Both the position numbers and the translations under genes were made by a program. Below the pieces are notes generated by a model. That model searched no databases. It was not told the DNA's origin and was given only the letters and a program-made list of their open reading frames with translations. Below, in pieces: positions 8,661 through 15,730 of a stretch of 20,000 bases of DNA; positions within the stretch are counted from its first letter, which is position 1, and every line of letters starts with the position of its first letter. The stretch lies in the sequence record SRR9188677_85. The stretch is one strand, 5' to 3'.

Positions 8661-8733
8661 AATTCTCTCGATTTAAGCCCGTCAATCTTCCTCTTTTTAG
8701 CCTTTCAGTTAAATCTTTCTTTTACGGCTCATT

Positions 8734-8761
8734 CGTCCGGATTCCCTGGCAATGATTGTCT
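8734..8761 (+). promoter_or_regulatory. ECF-like bipartite promoter motif, copy 3
   Basis: CGTCCGGAT-N11-GATTGTCT, ending 38 bp before the ATG at 8800. Confidence 0.7.
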
Positions 8762-8799
8762 GTGTAATATCAATCAAATCATCTAAACCAATCATCGAA

Positions 8800-9294
8800 A
8801 TGGAAGTTATATCAAATAGCAGGGTGTACTCACTCCTGGTTTTATACGACATGCAAACGACTTTTTTTGAAAGCGTTTTAGAAGGAATTTCAGACAACGA
8901 TATTCATAACAGATTAAACACCAAGGCCAACCACATTGCATGGCTTACTGGAAGTCTTGTACAGCAGCGATTTGACATAGCGAGAGAACTGGATATAGAC
9001 ATGTCTCAGGAATCGAACGAATTATTTAAGGATAATCAGGGGATTAAAGACGATGTTACCTATCCATCGCTGGAAGTCTTCAAAAAAGATTGGAAAATTA
9101 TAACCCCTGTTTTAAGAAGTGCTTTGGTTGAAGCAACTGAACCGCAGTTAAATAAGGAAATCGAAATGGGTCCGGATCAGAAATTTTCGTTTTTCGACTT
9201 CCTTACTTTCGTTATTTACAGGGAAGCAAATATGATCGGGCAAATTGCCTTGTGGAGACGATTGTTGGGTTATCCTGCAATGAAATATATGTAG
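8800..9294 (+). CDS. DinB family protein lacking the canonical His triad
   Basis: ANHIAWLTGSL, YPSLE..K..W, YREANMIGQIALWRRLLGYPAMKY. ATG 8800 preferred because ATG 8752 lies inside the promoter motif. Confidence 0.85.
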   Translation: MEVISNSRVYSLLVLYDMQTTFFESVLEGISDNDIHNRLNTKANHIAWLTGSLVQQRFDIARELDIDMSQESNELFKDNQGIKDDVTYPSLEVFKKDWKIITPVLRSALVEATEPQLNKEIEMGPDQKFSFFDFLTFVIYREANMIGQIALWRRLLGYPAMKYM

Positions 9295-9317
9295 TCAATC
9301 CTAAAAATAAGATCAAA

Positions 9318-9836
9318 ATGGAGATTGTAAATGATAAAATAAAAGCGGAGGTAATTGATAAACTTACCACCTTGCAAGAAATCACTGCCACGTTCTCAGA
9401 CGAAGAAATCAACGAAATTCCGTTTGAAGGAAGCTGGACTGCGGGTCAGTTGGGAGAACACATGGTAATGGCAAATTCCGGATTGGCAGACATGCTGACC
9501 GGTCCGACGACTCCCACCGAAAGGGCTCCTGATGAACACATAAAGCAGATCAAGGCCGATTTTTTGAATTTCAACATCAAAATGAAGTCACCGGATTTCC
9601 TTGTTCCGCCTAAAAAAGAGTATAACAAAAAAGAGTTATTGGACGCTTTGGAAAAAATCAAAACTTCGATTAAAAATGCTATAAACTCGCTCGATCTAAC
9701 GGAAACCTGCAAGTCTATGGAATTGCCAGGAATTGGATTTCTGACTCGTTTGGAAGCAATTTACTTCGTTATTTTTCATACTCAAAGACATATACATCAG
9801 CTGAAAAATATCCGTAAATCCCTTGTTAATAGCTAA
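9318..9836 (+). CDS. DinB family (DinB_2-like) protein
   Basis: PFEGSWTAGQLGEHM and FHTQRHIHQL, His triad intact. ATG 9318. Confidence 0.9.
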   Translation: MEIVNDKIKAEVIDKLTTLQEITATFSDEEINEIPFEGSWTAGQLGEHMVMANSGLADMLTGPTTPTERAPDEHIKQIKADFLNFNIKMKSPDFLVPPKKEYNKKELLDALEKIKTSIKNAINSLDLTETCKSMELPGIGFLTRLEAIYFVIFHTQRHIHQLKNIRKSLVNS

Positions 9837-9841
9837 GGAGT

Positions 9842-10615
9842 ATGTTATTAAAAGATAAAGTTGCGGTCATTTTTGGAGCTGGTGGATCCTTGGGTGGTTC
9901 TATCGCCTATGCATTCGCACGCGAAGGTGCAAGGGTATTTGTGAGCGGACGCACTCTCGAATCGGCTACAAAAGTTGCTGACAAGATCGTTGCAGAAGGT
10001 GGAATATCAGAGCCATCGACGGTGGATGCGCTCGATAAGACCAGTGTCAACGACTACGTAAAATCGGTTGTTGAAAAAGCCGGTAGAATAGACATTTGCT
10101 TCAATGCGATTGCCCTGCTGGATAAACAGGGACTTCCGCTTTCGGACATGTCTCTGGAAGATTTCACGCGTCCGATTAGCCGTGCTATGCAATCACATTT
10201 TCTGACTTCTACAGCCGTTGCAAGGCAGATGCTGAAACAAGCCACCGGGGTAATTTTATTCCTGACTGCAACGCCAGCGGGAATGTCATACGAGATGGTC
10301 GGTGGCTTTGGCCCGGCAAGTAGTGCGATGGAAGCGTTTTCGAGGAATCTGGCTGCGGAACTAGGGCCGAATGGAATCCGGGTTGTTTGCATACGTTCGG
10401 CCGGATCGCCTGATTCTGCCGTTTTTGTCAAGTCGATCGAGAGTAATGAAACCCCTGCTAAGACTGCGATTCAGGGACTTATAGACGATACCATGTTAAA
10501 GAAACTGCCTCTGATGGCGGATGTTGCTAATGTCGCGGTATTTGCAGCCTCCGATCTTGCTGCCGGTCTGACCGGAACTACAATCAACGTTACTTGTGGA
10601 ACTACAATGGATTAA
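9842..10615 (+). CDS. Atypical SDR family oxidoreductase
   Basis: FGAGGSLG Rossmann motif, GRID..FNA, AAELGPNGIRV; the YxxxK position reads FGPAS. Confidence 0.9.
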   Translation: MLLKDKVAVIFGAGGSLGGSIAYAFAREGARVFVSGRTLESATKVADKIVAEGGISEPSTVDALDKTSVNDYVKSVVEKAGRIDICFNAIALLDKQGLPLSDMSLEDFTRPISRAMQSHFLTSTAVARQMLKQATGVILFLTATPAGMSYEMVGGFGPASSAMEAFSRNLAAELGPNGIRVVCIRSAGSPDSAVFVKSIESNETPAKTAIQGLIDDTMLKKLPLMADVANVAVFAASDLAAGLTGTTINVTCGTTMD

Positions 10616-10633
10616 CTTCAAAACGTAAAATTT

Positions 10634-11206
10634 GTGTCAAAGGTAATTTTCGATATTTCGATGTCTCTTGACTGTTATATTGCCGGGCCAAATCTGTCAG
10701 CCGCAAATCCGATGGGAGAAGGTGGGGAAAGATTGCATGACTGGCTTTTTAAGAACAAGACACCGGAGGATAAGGAAGTAATCGATGAACTCCTGGCATC
10801 ATCCGGAGCTGTAATTGTTGGCGGCAAAACCTACGATATCGCGATAGACGCTGGTTGGGGAGGAGTTACGCCATTCAAAATTCCGGCTTTCATTGTAACC
10901 AAAGCTTTGCCCACAGACATGGTATACGGCTTTCGGTATGTCACAACCGGAATCGAATCAGCGCTTTTGCAAGCGAAAGCTGTTGCCGGAGACAAAAATG
11001 TGTGGATTATGGGCGGTGCGACTATTGCCCAACGTTACCTTAGAGCTGGGCTCATTGATGAAATCCATATTCATCTAATTCCCGTGTTATTAAAGGGCGG
11101 GACAAGGTTGTTTGAAGACGCTGGAAGTGAGCAGATTGCACTAGAAACAATAGGTTCTTTGCACTCTGTCAATGCAACTCACTTAAAATTCAAAGTGTTA
11201 AAATAG
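10634..11206 (+). CDS. Dihydrofolate reductase family protein (RibD C-terminal domain)
   Basis: SMSLDCYIAGP, VWIMGGATIAQRYLRAGLIDE, PVLLKGGTRLF; GTG start. Confidence 0.92.
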   Translation: MSKVIFDISMSLDCYIAGPNLSAANPMGEGGERLHDWLFKNKTPEDKEVIDELLASSGAVIVGGKTYDIAIDAGWGGVTPFKIPAFIVTKALPTDMVYGFRYVTTGIESALLQAKAVAGDKNVWIMGGATIAQRYLRAGLIDEIHIHLIPVLLKGGTRLFEDAGSEQIALETIGSLHSVNATHLKFKVLK

Positions 11207-11253
11207 GTTCCGGGGGCAGGTCTAAATAGCAATGATCCTTGTAAGAATTCTCC

Positions 11254-11268
11254 TGGCATCGTTTTTGA
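11254..11268 (+). promoter_or_regulatory. Possible sigma-54 (-24/-12) promoter
   Basis: TGGCATCGTTTTTGA against consensus TGGCACG-N4-TTGC, with correct GG-N10-G(C>A) spacing, 33 bp upstream of the ATG at 11302. Confidence 0.4.
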
Positions 11269-11301
11269 GCCAAACTGATTTAAAACATCAACCTCAGAAT
11301 C

Positions 11302-11523
11302 ATGGAAAATTTAGCAAGACCATCTGATCACTCCGAAGTGAAATTTACAGATCAACATGGAGATACGCATAAAGGTATTTACAGAAAAGTTTTGAAGGCT
11401 TACGTCGATACGGAAAACGGGAAAGATCCTGAGGACATCATGAATATTTTTCCGGAAGAGCTGATCGTCGAATGGGAATACCTGAAGAAGAATCCGGATG
11501 CGGATTTTATGGTAATTCTTTGA
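11302..11523 (+). CDS. Small hypothetical protein (73 aa)
   Basis: Fills the intergenic gap, A-rich leader, plausible globular composition; no family recognised. Confidence 0.7.
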   Translation: MENLARPSDHSEVKFTDQHGDTHKGIYRKVLKAYVDTENGKDPEDIMNIFPEELIVEWEYLKKNPDADFMVIL

Positions 11524-11545
11524 AGGAGGACCGGGCCGCCGATGT

Positions 11546-11614
11546 GGTTAGGAAAGTTAAGGAGTTAGAGAAGTTAGTTAAAGAAGTTAAGTAGTTATGG
11601 AGTTAGAGAAGTTA
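11546..11614 (+). repeat. Degenerate purine-rich AGTTA tandem array
   Basis: GTTA at 11547, 11556, 11564, 11573, 11577, 11586, 11594, 11602 and 11611; GGAGTTAGAGAAGTTA occurs twice exactly (11561, 11599). Confidence 0.85.
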
Positions 11615-11763
11615 CCTTAGCCATTGAGCCTTAGCTTTTGATATTTGAGCCATTATGGGATATGACATTTTTTGTTAATCCCTTAATGGCTTATTTATTG
11701 GTGCAACGTTTGGCGTGATATGTAATATTCCTTTTCTTAGCGATGCTAATTACTTGACGAAAA

Positions 11764-13188
11764 ATGAAACACGTTCTGCAAAGCATCATTTTTGCTCTTA
11801 TTTCTACAAATTCATGGAGTCAAAAAATTCCTGTTGATCTGATCGTTGCAGATGTAAATATCATTGATGTAAAAACTGGCAACGCTGCTCCACATCGATA
11901 TATCATTATCAGAAACGACACCATTCTGGGCGTCTCTACTCAGAAAAAATCTCTGGCATTCGAAGCAAAACAAACATTTGATGGCAAAGACAAATACGCT
12001 ATTCCTGGCCTTTGGGACATGCATATGCACTTTGGTGGCGGTGAAGCTTTGATTCAGGAAAATGAAAATCTCTTACCACTAATTCTTGCACACGGCGTTA
12101 CTACGGTTCGTGATGCTTCGGCCGACATTAGCAATAGTGTACTGCAATGGCGGGAAGAGATTAAAAATGGTAAACTAAGCGGTCCGACTATTTTCACATC
12201 CGGACCGAAACTCGAAGGGTACAAGTCGGTTTGGCTGGGGGATCTTGAAATCTCAACTTCGCAGGAGTTGCAAAAGGCGTTAGATTCTCTGGATCGCTTG
12301 AAAGTTGATTTTGTTAAAATTACCGACAATACGATGAAGCCGGATTTATTTCTGGAATCTGTTCGTGAAGCCAGAAAAAGAGGCTATAAAGTTTCAGGGC
12401 ATATTCCGTCGGTGCTGACAATGGACGACGTGATGAAAGCAGGAATGAGTTCTATTGAACACATGTCTTACGTTCTTCGGGCAGGAGCAAAAAACGAAAA
12501 AGAGATCGCTGCAATGACAGCGTCTGGTAATCTGAAAGGACGCGATCTCAGTAATAAAATACTGTCAGATTTCGATGAGGAAACTGCGATAAGGGTTTAT
12601 AAAACCATGGCTCAAAACAATGTTTTCGTTACGCCGACGCTATCTCTGCCCAATATTTTAGCGCATATTGACGAAAATGATCATCATTACGACGCCTATC
12701 TTCAATACATTGGAAAAGGACTGCAACACACATATATCATGCGAATCGAGCGTGCTATGAAAGATGATAAAGATGCGGTCGCTTTCAGAAAAGTTTTGAA
12801 TGAGAAAGCGATGTCTCTTTTGCCATTATTGCAGAAGGCAGGTGTAAAAATAATGGCAGGAACGGATGCGGGATATCTCAATTCCTATACTTATCCGGGA
12901 ATTGGCTTACATGATGAACTGCAATTGATGGTAAAAAGCGGCCTCACGCCGTTACAAGCTTTGCAGGCGTCCGTGATCAATTCGCCGTTATTTTTAAACA
13001 AAACGGAATACGGAAGTATATCGTCCGGAAAAAAAGCGGACATTTTGATTTTAGATGAAAATCCTGTGAAAGATATTGCTGCCACGCGAAAGATTAATGC
13101 AGTTATTGTGAAAGGAAAACTAATGGATAAAAAAGCGATACAACAAACGCTGGCGGACGTTAAAGAAAAGACGGCCAAGGGTTTGTAA
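11764..13188 (+). CDS. Secreted metal-dependent amidohydrolase
   Basis: Signal peptide ending SWS-Q; PGLWDMHMH, HGVTTVRD, DFVKI, SGH, SIEH, AGTDA, GKKADILIL. Confidence 0.93.
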   Translation: MKHVLQSIIFALISTNSWSQKIPVDLIVADVNIIDVKTGNAAPHRYIIIRNDTILGVSTQKKSLAFEAKQTFDGKDKYAIPGLWDMHMHFGGGEALIQENENLLPLILAHGVTTVRDASADISNSVLQWREEIKNGKLSGPTIFTSGPKLEGYKSVWLGDLEISTSQELQKALDSLDRLKVDFVKITDNTMKPDLFLESVREARKRGYKVSGHIPSVLTMDDVMKAGMSSIEHMSYVLRAGAKNEKEIAAMTASGNLKGRDLSNKILSDFDEETAIRVYKTMAQNNVFVTPTLSLPNILAHIDENDHHYDAYLQYIGKGLQHTYIMRIERAMKDDKDAVAFRKVLNEKAMSLLPLLQKAGVKIMAGTDAGYLNSYTYPGIGLHDELQLMVKSGLTPLQALQASVINSPLFLNKTEYGSISSGKKADILILDENPVKDIAATRKINAVIVKGKLMDKKAIQQTLADVKEKTAKGL

Positions 13189-13217
13189 TTAAGCCAGTTA
13201 ATATCATTGTTTTGTTT

Positions 13218-13640
13218 ATGAAAATATTTCAGCAACCAATACAGCTTAGGGAAAGAAAAAGGGGCTTTCACATCATAACGACTGAAATCCTTCATGCATT
13301 ACCACAGCTGTCGGCTATTAAAATCGGCATTTGTCAGGTTTTTATTCAACACACTTCTGCTTCGCTCACGATCAACGAGAACGCAGATCCGACTGTGAGA
13401 AAAGATTTTGAGATGTTTTTTAATAAAACGGTGAAAGAAAATGATCCCGACTACGAACACGATTACGAAGGTTCTGATGATATGCCTGCTCATTTGAAAG
13501 CATCTATCTTAGGTAGTTCGGTAATGATTCCAATCAGAAATGGCAAGCTGGCCCTGGGCGTTTGGCAAGGCATTTATTTGTGCGAGCATAGGGACAATGG
13601 CGGACCGAGGAGCTTAATGATCACTGCCTGGGGTGAATAG
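13218..13640 (+). CDS. yjbQ: YjbQ/UPF0047 family protein (secondary thiamine-phosphate synthase)
   Basis: QHTSASLTINENADPTV, HDYEGSDDMPAHLK, LGVWQGIYLCEHR. Confidence 0.92.
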   Translation: MKIFQQPIQLRERKRGFHIITTEILHALPQLSAIKIGICQVFIQHTSASLTINENADPTVRKDFEMFFNKTVKENDPDYEHDYEGSDDMPAHLKASILGSSVMIPIRNGKLALGVWQGIYLCEHRDNGGPRSLMITAWGE

Positions 13641-13712
13641 GTAAAGAATTTTGGTAAGTAAAACTAGGTGACTATAGTATTTTAAACACAGAACCAGTCG
13701 AACACCAATTTT

Positions 13713-14852
13713 ATGCATCGCAGGATATTTATTAAAAATACCGGTTTGATTGCCGCCGCAAGCACCTTGGCTCCGCAAGCGTTCTCGCTCGCCGAGCCGA
13801 AAGCCAAGAATAAGTTGCCAAAATGGAAAGGCTTCAATCTGCTGGATTTCTTTTCTCCGGATCCATCAAATGGCAGGAAAGCTACCACGGAGGAGCAGTT
13901 TAAATGGATGCAGGATTGGGGATTCGACTTTGTGCGCGTTCCCATTGCATACCCGATGTACCTGAAATTTGACAGAAGCAGGAACATTACACCGGAAGAG
14001 GTCTACCAGATCGATGAAAAGGCGGTGGATAAAATTGACAGTCTGGTTTCTTTGGCTCATAAGTACAACATGCATGTGAGTTTGAACCTGCACCGAGCTC
14101 CCGGATATTGCATTAATGCGGGCTTCCATGAGCCTTACAACCTTTGGACAGACCAAAAAGCGCAGGATGCGTTTTGTTTTCATTGGAACATGTGGGCCAA
14201 AAGGTATAAAGGTGAGTCTTCCAAAAAAATCAGTTTTGATCTTTTGAATGAGCCAAGTATGCGTGCCGATATGAATGATCAGCATTCGAAGCGTGGTTCA
14301 GTTCCTGGTGATGTGTATCGTAAAGTTGCCATTGCGGCTTCCGAAGCCATTCGAAAAGAAAATCCAAAACACTTGATTATTGCAGATGGTAATGATACCG
14401 GCAGCTCAGTCATTCCTGAAATCACTGATTTAGATATAGCACAAAGCTGTCGCGGATACAATCCAGGAATAATCTCACACTACAAAGCACCCTGGGCGAT
14501 GAAGGATACTACGAATATTCCGGAACCAAAGTGGCCAGGACAGGTGGGCGATAAATATTTGAGCAGAGAATTGCTCGAAAAGTTCTACAAGCCGTGGATT
14601 GATCTGGTTAACAAAGGTGTAGGTGTTCATTGCGGCGAATGTGGCTGCTGGAAAAAAACACCGCACGAAGTTTTCCTGGCTTGGTTTGGCGATGTTCTGG
14701 ATATCTTGTCTTCCAACGGAATTGGCTTCGCACTGTGGGAATTCAGTGGAGATTTTGGTGTATTAAACTCAGGCAGAACAGACGTTGCCTACGAAGACTG
14801 GCACGGACAAAAGCTGGATCGGAAGTTGCTGGAGTTGATGATGAAGTATTAG
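13713..14852 (+). CDS. Glycoside hydrolase family 5, Tat-exported
   Basis: RRIFIK twin-arginine leader; WKGFNL, GFDFVRVP, LNLH, LLNEP (acid/base), HCGECG (nucleophile), GFALW. Confidence 0.92.
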   Translation: MHRRIFIKNTGLIAAASTLAPQAFSLAEPKAKNKLPKWKGFNLLDFFSPDPSNGRKATTEEQFKWMQDWGFDFVRVPIAYPMYLKFDRSRNITPEEVYQIDEKAVDKIDSLVSLAHKYNMHVSLNLHRAPGYCINAGFHEPYNLWTDQKAQDAFCFHWNMWAKRYKGESSKKISFDLLNEPSMRADMNDQHSKRGSVPGDVYRKVAIAASEAIRKENPKHLIIADGNDTGSSVIPEITDLDIAQSCRGYNPGIISHYKAPWAMKDTTNIPEPKWPGQVGDKYLSRELLEKFYKPWIDLVNKGVGVHCGECGCWKKTPHEVFLAWFGDVLDILSSNGIGFALWEFSGDFGVLNSGRTDVAYEDWHGQKLDRKLLELMMKY

Positions 14853-14864
14853 GGTTGGAGGACT

Positions 14865-15272
14865 TTATTCTAAAATATGAATATTTAGTTTAGTAAAGGG
14901 TTGTATGCGGGTAAAGTCGCTCTTGTTGTATGTATAGAAATCCGTTCAATGTCGTTCGGCAATGGCCGCGAGCAAACAATCATTGAAGTCAGTAAACCCA
15001 ACTAAGGTCGCTAGTTCTATCGCTCTGTTAAATTCGATTGAGCCGTAGGATAATGGATCTGTATCTATTAACTGGTTTAATTTTAAGGTGATAAAAGCAT
15101 TTCCCTGCCTTAGTTTGCCTAGAACGAAACCAACTTCCTGGACAGTCAACCAGGATACTACAAACAAGTCAGTCTCAACGTTTAATGCAACTAAATCAAG
15201 AGCACGAAGATGTTTGTTGTGTTGTTGATCGACATATGAATTAATTAAAACATCAGTATCAAAATAATTCAT
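14865..15272 (-). pseudogene. PIN-domain (VapC-like) toxin interrupted by one in-frame TGA at 14946-14948
   Basis: YFDTDVLI, TVQE, DFNDCLLAAIA, then TGA, then in-frame TDFYTYNKSDFTRIQPFTKLNIHILE-TAA carrying the last PIN motif (T.N..DF). Full frame is 135 codons. Confidence 0.8.
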
Positions 15273-15517
15273 ATATCCTTATTATACATTTCATCGATGA
15301 TCGAACGGATGTCAATGGAAGCGTCAATTTTTGGCGCATTCATACGGCTTTCCTCGACCATTTTTTTTAATGCATTTTGACGTTTTGATAAAACCTGTTC
15401 TTTGGATTCCAAAGTTTTTACGGTGATTTCTACATCCTGCTCCGAAAAGAGAGTCTTCAACGATTCAAGGAAATTCATCGTAATTTCTTTCGTATTTAGT
15501 CTATATGTAGTTTCCAT
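15269..15517 (-). CDS. Putative type II antitoxin partner of the PIN toxin
   Basis: 82 aa, upstream of the PIN gene with an ATGA 4-bp overlap; start 15517 or 15523. Confidence 0.75.
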   Translation of the reverse strand: METTYRLNTKEITMNFLESLKTLFSEQDVEITVKTLESKEQVLSKRQNALKKMVEESRMNAPKIDASIDIRSIIDEMYNKDI

Positions 15518-15534
15518 GATCATTTAGTCTTTAA

Positions 15535-15542
15535 CAAAAATA
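15535..15542 (-). promoter_or_regulatory. Bacteroidota -7 promoter box for the TA operon
   Basis: Minus-strand TATTTTTG matches TAnnTTTG a short distance upstream of the start codon. Confidence 0.5.
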
Positions 15543-15730
15543 TGCAAAGTCTGATTGTATTCATAATTCGTAACAGTATTCATAAGGAGTAGCATTGAAT
15601 TCAGAAACAATACTTTTTTAACTCAAAAAGAATAACATGTGTGTTCAAATCAATCGGAACCAATCATTTTTAAGTAGAAACTTCTAATCTGACGTATTTA
15701 AATAGAAACATGTAAAATCCTGAATATCCA

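Noticed and set aside
8752..8799. ORF-track N-terminal extensions (8752, also 6706, 9252, 13212)
   Set aside because: They overlap or abut promoter motifs or upstream genes; downstream ATGs with A-rich leaders fit the family lengths better.
11546..11614. CRISPR array or telomere-like (TTAGG) repeat
   Set aside because: Units are 8-9 bp and degenerate, with no unique spacers and no cas genes; resemblance to telomeric repeats is superficial.
14946..14948. Selenocysteine recoding of the PIN TGA
   Set aside because: No SECIS-like hairpin is evident just downstream, the position is not a known PIN catalytic residue, and no sel genes are in view.
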